Below are positions 1 through 9,483 of a stretch of 64,000 bases of DNA, one piece after another (the first letter of the stretch is position 1; each line of letters opens with the position of its first letter). The DNA is taken from positions 4,672,001 to 4,736,000 of the forward strand of contig OZ271854.1 of the NCBI GenBank assembly GCA_965601925.1, read 5' to 3'. The notes under the pieces are model-generated. The model searched no databases, had not been told where the DNA came from, and was given only the letters and a program-made list of their open reading frames with translations. A program made the position numbers and the translations under genes. This stretch comes from Alkalispirochaeta sp. (GTDB lineage: Bacteria; Spirochaetota; Spirochaetia; DSM-27196; Alkalispirochaetaceae).

Positions 1-408
1 CCGATCGTCGCCATCGTGGCGGAGGGGGCGGTGGTTACCGTCGGCGCCTCGCTGTACTCGTTAAAGCGTAATGGATGGCTCCTCGCGAAAGTATTGACCG
101 TCGCGGTTGGATGGCGAGTCCTCTTCCTCGGTGTCAACCTGGCGTTTGGAATCCGCAGCGGCATCCTTGCCAAACCGCTTCCGACGATCATGAGCTTCCT
201 GTGGATCGACTCACTGCTCAACACGGCGCTCTTCGGCGCTGCGCTGTGGTTCTTCACCGGGCGTACCGCCACGGCGGAGCGCAATGCGAAAGGGAGCGTC
301 GGTATCGCATCGCCGTTACGTCTACGCACCGCACCGCAAGGTCTGTTCGCGACACCCGTCGTGTTGATCGTCGCACTCGCCGTGGAGATGGTCGCATCGA
401 GTCTGTGA
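1..408 (+). CDS. Membrane protein, 5'-truncated by the window edge
   Basis: Frame is open from base 1 to TGA 406-408; several hydrophobic segments; no family recognised. Confidence 0.6.
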   Translation, partial: PIVAIVAEGAVVTVGASLYSLKRNGWLLAKVLTVAVGWRVLFLGVNLAFGIRSGILAKPLPTIMSFLWIDSLLNTALFGAALWFFTGRTATAERNAKGSVGIASPLRLRTAPQGLFATPVVLIVALAVEMVASSL

Positions 409-420
409 GTCGCCCGGCAC

Positions 421-1875
421 CTATATCCACCGCGACTCGGTATTGATCTCCGGCTCCAGACACTCCACGGGAGCGGGGGGCAGATCGGGCAGCGGCTGCT
501 CCTCGATGACGCGAATCGAGCGCCATCGACCCGTAGCGAAGCGGAGATAGATCGCGCCACCCAGGGCGACGGCGAATCCGACGAAGAACCCCCAGATCTG
601 AAGCGGTTCCAACTGCAGAACGCGTACGAACAGTACCGCCGCCGCGGCCATGACGTAGTGAATGACGACCGAAATTACCGCCACCATCCGCGTATCGCCG
701 GCTCCACGCAGCGCTCCACCGAAGACCAACTGCGTTATGTCGGCGATCGTGTACAACGAGGCAAGGCGCAGCATCACCACGGCGAGCTCGAACAGTTCCG
801 TCTCCGACGGCGAAAGCCCACCGGCAAAGACGGACACGAGAAATCTGGGCGCAAAGAGAAAGAGGCTCATCATGCAGATCGCATAGACGTACCCTACACG
901 GAGCGCTAAAAACGTCGCCTTTCGCGCCCCGTCGGGGCTACCGGCGCCCATTTGTCGCCCCACGAGAGAGGTAACCGCAACGCTCAGACCGACCATGGGG
1001 ATGAAGGCGAGCATGTCGTAGTTGAATACGATGGTGACCGCCGCCGCAACGCCCGGCCCCAGCGAATGCGCCAACTGCACAAAGACGTTAAACGCGAAGA
1101 CGTTGAGGAAGAGCTCGAGGCCCGCCGGGAGTCCGAAGCGAATCAAACGCGACAGTAGATCCCTGTCGATCGCGGTGCGCTCCTTCGTCGTCGCCTCACG
1201 GAAGTACCGGTGGCGCACAAACGCCACGCCGAGAACGACGGCGATGAGGGTGCTTCCGACGATCGTGGCGATCGCCGCCCCGACGATCTCCAAGCGCGGC
1301 ATGCCGAATGCGCCGAAAATTAAGACGTAGTTGAGCGGGATGTTGATCACCATTCCCGATACGTTGGCGATCATAACGATGCGCGTGCGCCCTATACCGA
1401 GAAAAAATCCGACGAACGCTTGGCGTATCAGAACGAAGATTCCACCGAACATGAGGATACGGTAGTAGGTAAATCCGAGATCGATTTGCTCGGCGCTGTG
1501 GCCGGCCAGTACAAAGACGAGGCGCCCGATCGGGATCATTGCAATGACGCCGGGAAGAAAAAAGAGCGCGAGCCACAATCCCTGAACGGTGGTCGCTACG
1601 CATCGCTCGCGGCGTTTCGCTCCGTAATACTGTGCCACCAGGGCGTTGGTGTAGCCCACTATACCGGCAAACAGAGAGACGAAGACGAAACTCGATAGCC
1701 CGCCGCTCATCGACGCGGCCAGATGGAGACTGCCGAGACGCGAGAGAAAGAGCCGGTCGACGAAGAGCATGATCGTCTCCGACGCTTGAGACGCCACCAT
1801 GGGTAGAGCGACGCCGAACAACTCACGGAGAGACGGTGGTTCGATCCGACCCTCGTCGTATATAGCGGATGACAT
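421..1875 (-). CDS. MATE family efflux transporter
   Basis: About 12 TM segments; 'LFGVALPMVASQ..DRLFLSRLG', 'GALRGAGDTR' MATE motifs; start set at ATG 1875, 7 nt after a -10 box. Confidence 0.93.
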   Translation of the reverse strand: MSSAIYDEGRIEPPSLRELFGVALPMVASQASETIMLFVDRLFLSRLGSLHLAASMSGGLSSFVFVSLFAGIVGYTNALVAQYYGAKRRERCVATTVQGLWLALFFLPGVIAMIPIGRLVFVLAGHSAEQIDLGFTYYRILMFGGIFVLIRQAFVGFFLGIGRTRIVMIANVSGMVINIPLNYVLIFGAFGMPRLEIVGAAIATIVGSTLIAVVLGVAFVRHRYFREATTKERTAIDRDLLSRLIRFGLPAGLELFLNVFAFNVFVQLAHSLGPGVAAAVTIVFNYDMLAFIPMVGLSVAVTSLVGRQMGAGSPDGARKATFLALRVGYVYAICMMSLFLFAPRFLVSVFAGGLSPSETELFELAVVMLRLASLYTIADITQLVFGGALRGAGDTRMVAVISVVIHYVMAAAAVLFVRVLQLEPLQIWGFFVGFAVALGGAIYLRFATGRWRSIRVIEEQPLPDLPPAPVECLEPEINTESRWI

Positions 1876-1882
1876 GGCCGGC

Positions 1883-1891
1883 ACTATAGCA
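1883..1891 (-). promoter_or_regulatory. Extended -10 promoter (probably leaderless) of the MATE gene
   Basis: TG-C-TATAGT then 7 nt then ATG 1875; no SD. Confidence 0.6.
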
Positions 1892-1917
1892 CGAAGAGAG
1901 GAGCGCGGAGTATATCG

Positions 1918-3276
1918 CTATTGCCGCGCCGGAAGAATTTCGATCTCGACGCGCCGATTCGCCGAGCGCCCCTCCTCTGTGTCGTTGTCGGCCACCGGCT
2001 CCGTACCGCCCCGGCCGTCGTAGAGGAGTTGACCCGGCGCTATCCCGCGGCGGACCAGCTCTTCCACGATCCGCTCCGCCCGGTCGAAGGAGAGTTCGAG
2101 CTGGCTCAGCTGGGTCCCGACGTCGGCGGTGTGTCCGACAATGAGGATGGTGCGCTCCGGTACGGTACGCAACACGTCGGCTATCCCGTCGAGGCGCCCC
2201 TCCTCCCCGGGGAGCAAGACGGCCTGATCGGCGACAAACTGGAGATTTTGAATCGAGAGTGCGACGCGATTGTCCTCGGTAGCGCGAACGGTCACATCCT
2301 CGACATCGGTTCTTCGAATCCGTTCCGCGATCCGCTCAGCCTCGCTCTCGCCGTCGAAATCACCGCTCGATCGATACCACGTAAGGATGAAACCGGAACG
2401 CTCCTCGACGGATCCGGAGGGGTGCCTCAGCTGCTCTCTGATTGCGGTACGGTGGAGGACGGGCGGACCGCCGGCTACCGGCAGGAGGATCGTCGCCTCA
2501 TGACTCCCGTGCAGTACATAGTCGAACGGCAGTTGCGGCAGCCCCGCCATCAGCTCCCGCGCGGGGTGGCTTCCGAGGCGGCCCCTCGAGAGCGGCGCGC
2601 GCACCGCGTAGCGAGCCGTGACACGATGCACCTGGATTCCCTGATACGGTTCCACGCCCCCGTAGGTGTACTCGGCAAGCACCGGCACGGCGACCGCAAC
2701 GTCCCCTTCCAGATAGAGCTGCGCCACCCCGGCCGCCTCCCAACGTGCACCGGGGGGGACGGGCTCGTCGGGAAAACGCGGCACGGCGCGAAAGAGCGGC
2801 GCCCGCTGTCCCTCCGGCGCACGCATCTGTCCGGACGGTTCGAAGAGCACCGAAGCGTCGCGACGCTCCGCAATACGTTGGGCGATAGTTCGGCTGTCCC
2901 GGAGCGTCTCTTCACTCACCATGAGTTCTCCCACATACGGGAAGTCTGCGGCGTCCGCGATGCCGTCGTCTCGGGATAAGAGCAGCAGAGACTCGCGATT
3001 GGTGTGTCCCCGATATCGCCCATCGACGCGGGTGGAGTAATTCCAGCGGCGGGTTATCTCCACGTCGCGTCCCAAGTCGAGTGTGAGCAGTACCTCCTGT
3101 TGTGCAAAAACCGGCGGCGTAAGCACGAAAAACGCAAGGACCCGCATCAACCGTCCGAAGAAACGGAGAAAAGAAATGCGCTTCGGACGCCCATGAATGA
3201 ACGGCCCGCCGCTCCCTATGCCGCTCGTCTCATCGTACATCGTACAAACCGTGCGCCTTATCGCCTCTGCTCCCAT
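1918..3276 (-). CDS. OmpA-C domain exported protein (spirochaete type); start uncertain
   Basis: C-terminal 'GHTADVG..LELSFDRA..GRGGTEPVADNDTEEGRSANRRVEI'; signal-like 'VLAFFVLTPPVFAQ'. Confidence 0.88.
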   Translation of the reverse strand: MGAEAIRRTVCTMYDETSGIGSGGPFIHGRPKRISFLRFFGRLMRVLAFFVLTPPVFAQQEVLLTLDLGRDVEITRRWNYSTRVDGRYRGHTNRESLLLLSRDDGIADAADFPYVGELMVSEETLRDSRTIAQRIAERRDASVLFEPSGQMRAPEGQRAPLFRAVPRFPDEPVPPGARWEAAGVAQLYLEGDVAVAVPVLAEYTYGGVEPYQGIQVHRVTARYAVRAPLSRGRLGSHPARELMAGLPQLPFDYVLHGSHEATILLPVAGGPPVLHRTAIREQLRHPSGSVEERSGFILTWYRSSGDFDGESEAERIAERIRRTDVEDVTVRATEDNRVALSIQNLQFVADQAVLLPGEEGRLDGIADVLRTVPERTILIVGHTADVGTQLSQLELSFDRAERIVEELVRRGIAPGQLLYDGRGGTEPVADNDTEEGRSANRRVEIEILPARQ

Positions 3277-3283
3277 CGATCAC

Positions 3284-3292
3284 AGCATAACA
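3284..3292 (-). promoter_or_regulatory. Extended -10 promoter of the OmpA gene
   Basis: TG-T-TATGCT then 7 nt then ATG 3276. Confidence 0.5.
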
Positions 3293-3339
3293 CATAGGTC
3301 GCCGGTTACCACGCAGGCGACGCCGTCCCCGCCTATCCA

Positions 3340-5118
3340 CTACGCGGTACCGTGGCGAAGCACCGCCGCGACGGCGTACTGTTCTCGACGCAACGTCCCC
3401 GACGCGGGGAACGCTCTCAGCACGCGGTCCAAGGCGGGTACGCCGATGAGACGAATCATCTCCCGCCCCTCGAAGCTGCTCGCCCGCGCGAGGAGACGTC
3501 GGGGGAAGCGCATGATCTCCCGAAGGGCCGCCGCGCTCTCGATGGAATCGGGACGGTACGGTGCCCGGCCGTGTATGAGCATCTCGTTGGCCCATCCCAC
3601 CGAGCGTCCCTCTCCCGTGAGATATCCGAGCACACCTGCCCACTGCAGCGCCGCGAACAAGGGGTGTCCCGGCGGCGCGTCGCAGTACGGAAGGAGCATC
3701 GCCCCCGACTCCAACAAGCGCGCCTGAACCGCGCGGTGAGGTACGGCGTCGGGTCCTACACCACGTTCGACGCAAAGGGCGGCAAGCAACCCCGCCGCCT
3801 GCCCCACGAGCAACGCCACCGGTTGCAGACGCGTGGCGCCGTTTGCGAGCCCCGATACCGAGATACTCTTTTCCGCCGCGATTAGTCCGTCGACACCGTC
3901 CGGAATGAGACACCCCAACGGCACGGAAAAAGCGGGAATCGCCGGAAACGCGATCGCCGGCGCATCTGGGTCTTCTCGTCGATGGTGGTCCACCGGATAA
4001 TCGCCGACGGCGATCGCCTCGTCGATTATATCCCGGTGCCGGTCGCGGCGCGGCTCGACGATATGCTCCAGCGTAAGAAGACGGCGACCGATCACTCGAC
4101 GCGCCTCCCGGATATAGGGAATCAGCGGCAGTCCGTCGTCGGTGGGATATACACCGGGGGCGACCTCGATCATTCGATGGGGAAACCGAGCTTGGAGCTC
4201 CCCAATCAGCGAGAGTGTCTTTTCTTTAGCGAAGCGGAACATGCGCCGTCGGTTCGCGCCGTCGGCGAGGTAATCGGACGAGTAATCGTTGCCGCGGATC
4301 GGCCAGTTGAGCATAAAAAGCCCTCCCGGCAACGACGCATAATCGAAGAACCGATTCCAACTAATTCGACCTCCATCCAGAATATCGGGAAACGAAGGTA
4401 AGGGCTCAGCGGAATCGTCCCGTTCCGTCGCGGCGCCTCGGATGGAGAGGGTTGCGACGTAGGTGAAGTCCTGCGGCGTCGCATGGGGTATCTCGTCCGC
4501 CCAACGCTCTCCGGTAACCCTCCGAGATTCTAAACCGTAGCGCGTCGCGACACCGGCGATCGACAGAAAATCGCCGTACTCATCGGCCGCGATCGTGACC
4601 GAGGAGCGCACCTCTACCGCTCCGTCGTGAGTGGTACCGGTCGAGGATACCGGAACCGCGACGGCCCCCAGAATGCGCGTTCCTCGGCGGAGCGCCCGGA
4701 CCACCCGCCACCGTGAGAGCAGTATCAGCCCGGCCGGTCCCTCCGGGAGCGAGTGAGCCCCATCGGTACGGCCGTCGATCTCGACGACGTCACCGGACGC
4801 GGCCTCCCACACCATCTCTCGCACGATCCGCTCGGCAACGCGCGGTTCGCACGCCGTGTGACTGATCCATCCGGTAGCGAGGGCCTCCATACCGCCGTAA
4901 TGGTTCCATAGCCGTCGGCGGAGCTCGCCCCACAGTCCCGAGGGGAGGTTGTGGTTACCGTCAAATGCGCTAACACCGGCCGCGGTAATCATACCGCCGA
5001 GCCACGGCGTAGCCTCGACCATGACGACTCGTCGTCGACCTCTACACGCCGCGACGGCCGCTGCGACACCCGAGGCGCCGCCCCCGATGATGAGGACATC
5101 CGTCTCCAGATACCGCAT
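3340..5118 (-). CDS. FAD-dependent oxidoreductase (FAD_oxidored/PF12831-like)
   Basis: 'DVLIIGGGASGVAAA' Rossmann motif, 'PYIREARR', 'GDYPVDHH', 'EKSISVS..ANGATRLQP'; ATG 5118 overlaps the LacI stop (TGATG), so the ORF-track extension to 5358 is rejected. Confidence 0.88.
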   Translation of the reverse strand: MRYLETDVLIIGGGASGVAAAVAACRGRRRVVMVEATPWLGGMITAAGVSAFDGNHNLPSGLWGELRRRLWNHYGGMEALATGWISHTACEPRVAERIVREMVWEAASGDVVEIDGRTDGAHSLPEGPAGLILLSRWRVVRALRRGTRILGAVAVPVSSTGTTHDGAVEVRSSVTIAADEYGDFLSIAGVATRYGLESRRVTGERWADEIPHATPQDFTYVATLSIRGAATERDDSAEPLPSFPDILDGGRISWNRFFDYASLPGGLFMLNWPIRGNDYSSDYLADGANRRRMFRFAKEKTLSLIGELQARFPHRMIEVAPGVYPTDDGLPLIPYIREARRVIGRRLLTLEHIVEPRRDRHRDIIDEAIAVGDYPVDHHRREDPDAPAIAFPAIPAFSVPLGCLIPDGVDGLIAAEKSISVSGLANGATRLQPVALLVGQAAGLLAALCVERGVGPDAVPHRAVQARLLESGAMLLPYCDAPPGHPLFAALQWAGVLGYLTGEGRSVGWANEMLIHGRAPYRPDSIESAAALREIMRFPRRLLARASSFEGREMIRLIGVPALDRVLRAFPASGTLRREQYAVAAVLRHGTA

Positions 5119-6146
5119 CACGCGTCGCGCGGCGGGCCGGTCGTGCGACGCAGCACCAACTCGGGCCTCAACAGAATCGACTCGACCGGTTTTCCTTCCA
5201 ACGCGCGCCGGAAAAGGTCGAAAGCGAGAACGCCGACGCGCTCCTTTGGTTGGGCGATCGTCGTGAGCGGGTAGCCGATTTGAAGCTCGGCGAGTTCGAG
5301 ATCGTCGTATCCGACTACCGAACAATCCTCCGGAACGCTCAATCCCGCCTCCAGACACGCTCGAATCGCCCCGATCGCCGCGTGGTCGGTCGGTGCGAAG
5401 ATTGCGGTCGTCTCCGGCGCACCCGAAAGGAGGTCGCCGGTGGCGCGCATCGCCCCTTCGAGCGTGAGATCACACGTTGCGCGGTAGCGTTCGAGATCCA
5501 TGCGAACTCCGGCCTCCAAGAGGGCCCGTACGTATCCTCCGTAGCGATCGTTGATCTCGGCGTACCAACTACGATTCGACGCGAGAAACGCGATACGGCG
5601 GTGGCCGAGTTCGATAAGATGACGCGTGGCCACGTAGCCGCCGTACTCATTATCCACCCCCACGAACGGCAAGCCGAGGTCGGGAACGCGCGTCATTACT
5701 TGGACAACCGGCAAACGCCCCTCTACAAACGGTCGAAAGAGCGCGTAAGCCCGCGGATCGGGTGCGCAGAGAATACCGTCGACGTTACGATTCATCAGAC
5801 GGCTCAAGGCGTGCGACTCGTCGGGGGTGTGGAGGAACGACGCGTTACCTAAGAGGAGATCGTATCCGTGGTCGGTACACGAGCGCTCTATGCCGCTGAT
5901 GATCTCGTTGAAGAAGCTGACTCGCACGTACGGGAAGAGCGCCCCCAGCAGGTACGTCTTCTTTTGTACCAGGCCGCGCGCCATGATGTTGGGTTGATAG
6001 TTCATTTCTCCGGCGACACGCCGAATGCGCCGGCGCAACTCGGCGGAGAGGCGCCCCGTATCGTTCAGCGCATATGACACGGCACGCGACGAAACACCGA
6101 CGGCTTCGGCAATGTCCTTGAGCGTTACCCGCTTCGAATGCACCAT
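5118..6146 (-). CDS. LacI-family transcriptional regulator
   Basis: 'VTLKDIAEAVGVSSRAVSYALN' HTH, 'YQPNIMARGL', 'SVVGYDD', 'LTTIAQP'. Confidence 0.95.
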   Translation of the reverse strand: MVHSKRVTLKDIAEAVGVSSRAVSYALNDTGRLSAELRRRIRRVAGEMNYQPNIMARGLVQKKTYLLGALFPYVRVSFFNEIISGIERSCTDHGYDLLLGNASFLHTPDESHALSRLMNRNVDGILCAPDPRAYALFRPFVEGRLPVVQVMTRVPDLGLPFVGVDNEYGGYVATRHLIELGHRRIAFLASNRSWYAEINDRYGGYVRALLEAGVRMDLERYRATCDLTLEGAMRATGDLLSGAPETTAIFAPTDHAAIGAIRACLEAGLSVPEDCSVVGYDDLELAELQIGYPLTTIAQPKERVGVLAFDLFRRALEGKPVESILLRPELVLRRTTGPPRDA

Positions 6147-6175
6147 TGACCTCGCTTCTCCGTTAGATCATCTGT

Positions 6176-6204
6176 ATGGTATGCCGCTCGTGTGCAGTTG
6201 TCAA
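6176..6204 (-). promoter_or_regulatory. Sigma70 promoter of lacI/oxidoreductase
   Basis: TTGACA-N17-TACCAT on the minus strand. Confidence 0.7.
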
Positions 6205-6284
6205 ACGTGGTGATCTGAAGGGCATCGCCGCAGTATCTCGTCGATAAACGGATAAAACGAGGCGTATACGTCCGTTCATTCCGT

Positions 6285-6313
6285 TTGACAACGGATTGGA
6301 CCTCCCGTACAAT
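6285..6313 (+). promoter_or_regulatory. Sigma70 promoter of the sugar ABC operon
   Basis: TTGACA-N17-TACAAT. Confidence 0.8.
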
Positions 6314-6315
6314 GA

Positions 6316-6333
6316 TGATTCATCGTTGAATCA
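6316..6333. promoter_or_regulatory. LacI-type operator
   Basis: Palindrome TGATTCA-TCGT-TGAATCA with central CG, overlapping the predicted +1. Confidence 0.75.
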
Positions 6334-6350
6334 AAAAAGGAGAAAAAACG

Positions 6351-7631
6351 ATGCGACGAATCATATCGACCGTTGCGATTCTGGTAGTGCTTACCGTCTC
6401 CCCGCTCTTTTCCTCGGGCTCCGGTGAGGATTCGGCGCCCGAGACCGGCGCCAACATCACATTTTGGACCATGAGTCTATCGCCCGCCTTCGACGACTAC
6501 ATTAACGGCGTCATAGCGGACTTCGAATCGACCAATCCCGGCGTCACCGTCGAGTGGGTAGATGTCCCGTGGGGCGACATGGAGACGAGGATTCTTACCG
6601 CCGCGGCGAGCGGCACCCTCCCCGACGTTGCCAATCTCAACTTACCCTTCAGTCAGCGACTTGCTGAGAACGGCGTCCTGATAAACATGGATGAAGCGGC
6701 TTCCGCCGTGCGGGACGATTACTTCGACGGGACGTGGCTCGCCAGTAGCTACAACGAGGAGGTCTTCGCCCTCCCGTGGTACATCACGACCAATATGATC
6801 TACTACAACGCCGAGCTTCTCGAGGCTGCCGGCCTTTCACCGGACGATCCGCCGTCCGACTTCGACCAGCTGCGCGAATACGCCCGCGCCATTCACGAGG
6901 CGACCGGCGCATACGGATATATGACCTTCTTCAACGATCAGTTCATCATGGAGGAGTTGGAGCGGATGGGTATTCGCCTCTTTAACGAGGATTTCACCCG
7001 CGCGCGGTTCAACGAGCCGGCGGTACACGAGGCGGTAGAATACTATCGATCGATGCTCGACGAGGGCCTCATTCCACGGGAAACCTTGATCTCCCGCAGC
7101 GGTACCGGCGAGGCGATTCAACTGTACAGCGCCGGCGAGCTCGCGATGTTCTTCGGCGGGACCTCTCACGCCAGGATGATCCGGGAGAACTCCGAGGAGG
7201 TCTACGGCGCCACGCGCGTTGCGCCGCAAATCATCGGACGCGGCGGCAAACGCAATATCGCGGTCATGAACGTCGCGGTACCGGAGTCGTCGCCGCACAC
7301 GGAGGCTGCGGTAGATTTCGCGGTGTTCATCACCAACAATGAGAATCAGGTCGAGTTTGCCCGCGCCGCCGGCGCGATCGTCCCGTCGACGAGAGGCGCG
7401 CTCGACGATCCTTTTTTCAGTGAGAGCGACGGAACGGCGGCTACCGACGCGCGCATCATGAGCGCTCGCGAGGTCGCGGAAGGTACCGTCATCTTCCCGC
7501 CTATTCAGAACTGGCCGGAGGTGCGCGATGCCTTTATCAACGCGTTCCAACGTGCGGTCGCCGGCGACGGTGAGAGCGAGGTCCTGCTCGCCGAGGCCGA
7601 AGTGCGGGCAAACGAGCTCTTGAGCCGTTGA
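6351..7631 (+). CDS. Carbohydrate ABC transporter substrate-binding protein (CUT1)
   Basis: Signal peptide, 'ITFWTMSL', 'LPWY..MIYYN.ELLEAAG'; SD AAGGAG. Confidence 0.93.
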   Translation: MRRIISTVAILVVLTVSPLFSSGSGEDSAPETGANITFWTMSLSPAFDDYINGVIADFESTNPGVTVEWVDVPWGDMETRILTAAASGTLPDVANLNLPFSQRLAENGVLINMDEAASAVRDDYFDGTWLASSYNEEVFALPWYITTNMIYYNAELLEAAGLSPDDPPSDFDQLREYARAIHEATGAYGYMTFFNDQFIMEELERMGIRLFNEDFTRARFNEPAVHEAVEYYRSMLDEGLIPRETLISRSGTGEAIQLYSAGELAMFFGGTSHARMIRENSEEVYGATRVAPQIIGRGGKRNIAVMNVAVPESSPHTEAAVDFAVFITNNENQVEFARAAGAIVPSTRGALDDPFFSESDGTAATDARIMSAREVAEGTVIFPPIQNWPEVRDAFINAFQRAVAGDGESEVLLAEAEVRANELLSR

Positions 7632-7645
7632 AGGTACCACGACGC

Positions 7646-7673
7646 GGAGTCGCCGAACGCGTTCGGCGGCTCC
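7646..7673 (+). other. Intercistronic stem-loop after the binding-protein gene (likely mRNA stabiliser)
   Basis: GGAGTCGCCGAAC-gc-GTTCGGCGGCTCC, no U tract. Confidence 0.55.
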
Positions 7674-7716
7674 TCTCTCCGCCGACGCAGAGCGGCGCGA
7701 CGCAAAGGTAGACGGC

Positions 7717-8592
7717 GTGCGGTTGTATCGTCCTTGGACGCCCTACGTCTATCTTCTGCCGGCCGGCATCGTGCTGGGCGTTTTCTTTTTCTTCCCCCTC
7801 GCACGAGCATTCTTCTATAGCTTGCACGAGTACTCGCTGCTCTCCGATCCGGTGTGGGTGGGCCTCGCGAACTATCGACGTCTCGCGGGTGACGCAGCGT
7901 TCGGGAGCGCATTCTTCAACAGTTTTACCTACTTCTTGGTGGTAGTCCCGTGTCTCGTCGCGATTCCGCTCCTCATGGCGATCCTCGTTAACCAACCGCT
8001 ACGGGGTGTTACCGTCTTTCGCGCAATCTACTATCTACCGGTTGTTACCAGCTTCGTCGTCGCGGCGGTGATGTGGCGATGGATGTACACCGAAAACGGC
8101 GTACTCAACTACGTGCTCCTCACGGTATTTCCCTTCGTGAACCGGCCGATACAGTGGCTTACCGATGCACGCATCGCCCTCTACTCGATCATGATCGTCA
8201 CGATCTGGAAGGGTCTGGGCTACTACATGGTGATCTATCTCGCCGGCCTGCAGACGATTCCCGCGGAGTTGTATGAGGCGGCGACGATCGACGGTGCGAC
8301 GGCATTCCAAAAGCTTACGCGCATCACCGTGCCGCTGTTGGCACCGTCCATGGCGGTGGTAGCGGTGCTCTCCTCCACCGCGGCGATGAAGGTCTTCGAC
8401 GAAGTGTTCGTCATGACCGGCGGCGGTCCGTGGGGTTCGACGCGCACCGCGGTATTCGAAATCTACGACACCGCCTTTGACAAGCTGCAGTTCGGATACG
8501 CCAGTTCCATGGGCGTCGTACTGTTTGTCGTTCTCTTAGTTATGAGTTTGGCGAGCCTGCGCATATCGGAACGGCGCTACGAGGGGGCCTGA
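7717..8592 (+). CDS. Carbohydrate ABC transporter permease 1
   Basis: 'VGLANY', EAA loop 'LYEAATIDGA'; GTG start. Confidence 0.94.
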   Translation: MRLYRPWTPYVYLLPAGIVLGVFFFFPLARAFFYSLHEYSLLSDPVWVGLANYRRLAGDAAFGSAFFNSFTYFLVVVPCLVAIPLLMAILVNQPLRGVTVFRAIYYLPVVTSFVVAAVMWRWMYTENGVLNYVLLTVFPFVNRPIQWLTDARIALYSIMIVTIWKGLGYYMVIYLAGLQTIPAELYEAATIDGATAFQKLTRITVPLLAPSMAVVAVLSSTAAMKVFDEVFVMTGGGPWGSTRTAVFEIYDTAFDKLQFGYASSMGVVLFVVLLVMSLASLRISERRYEGA

Positions 8593-8598
8593 GACACC

Positions 8599-9432
8599 AT
8601 GCAAACGAGGCGGACGCCCTTCCGAACGGTCACGCTCTACGTGCTGCTGGCGGCGGTGACGGCGGTTTCGATTACTCCCTTCCTGTGGCTCGTCTCTACT
8701 GCGTTCAAATCGCCGGGAGAGAACATCTTCGCCTTCCCTCCCCGCTTTATCCCTGCGGAGCCGACATTTACCAATTTTGCGGCGGTATTTAGGACGATTC
8801 CGCTCGTTCTTTACTTCCGCAACTCGATTGTCGTTGTGGCCGCGACGGTGACGCTCCAGGTGCTCCTATCGGTGACCGCCGCATTCCCGCTCTCGCGCAT
8901 GCGCTTCCCCGGGAAACGGGTGATATTTGTGGCTACCCTGTCGACGCTCATGATTCCCGTCCAACTTACGATGATTCCCAACTTCATCTTCGTCGTTGAT
9001 GTGGGGCTGAAAAACAACCTGTGGGGCGTAATTCTACCCAATGCGGTTACGGCGTTCGGCATATTCCTCGTTCGCCAGGCGATGGTGACCGTGCCGCGCT
9101 CGATGGAGGAGGCGGCACTCATCGACGGGGCGGGTTCCTTGAGGGTTCTCTTCCATATTCTTCTCCCGATGGTGAAACCGGCGATCGCGGCGTTGGCGAT
9201 CTTCACATTCGTAAACATGTGGGGCGACTTTCTCTGGCCGCTGTTGGTTCTCGACGATCCCGACCTGCTCACCGTGCCGTTGGGCGTGCAGAGACTCCAG
9301 GGAACGTTCACCAACGACTGGCGGCTGGTCGCCTCGGGAGCGGTCTTGGCGATGATTCCCGTCATCGCCTTCTTTCTCGCCAATCAACGCCATTTCATCG
9401 AGGGGGCGATATCCAGTGGCGTTAAGGGTTGA
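8599..9432 (+). CDS. Carbohydrate ABC transporter permease 2
   Basis: EAA loop 'MEEAALIDGA', C-terminal 'QRHFIEGAISSGVKG'. Confidence 0.94.
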   Translation: MQTRRTPFRTVTLYVLLAAVTAVSITPFLWLVSTAFKSPGENIFAFPPRFIPAEPTFTNFAAVFRTIPLVLYFRNSIVVVAATVTLQVLLSVTAAFPLSRMRFPGKRVIFVATLSTLMIPVQLTMIPNFIFVVDVGLKNNLWGVILPNAVTAFGIFLVRQAMVTVPRSMEEAALIDGAGSLRVLFHILLPMVKPAIAALAIFTFVNMWGDFLWPLLVLDDPDLLTVPLGVQRLQGTFTNDWRLVASGAVLAMIPVIAFFLANQRHFIEGAISSGVKG

Positions 9433-9483
9433 TCACGCCGTCGTCCGAGGAGCCGTACCGCCGCAACGCACGGAGATCGCGGA

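Noticed and set aside
6351..9432. ABC operon lacking an ATPase as a defective system
   Set aside because: CUT1 systems commonly share an MsmK/MsmX-type ATPase encoded elsewhere
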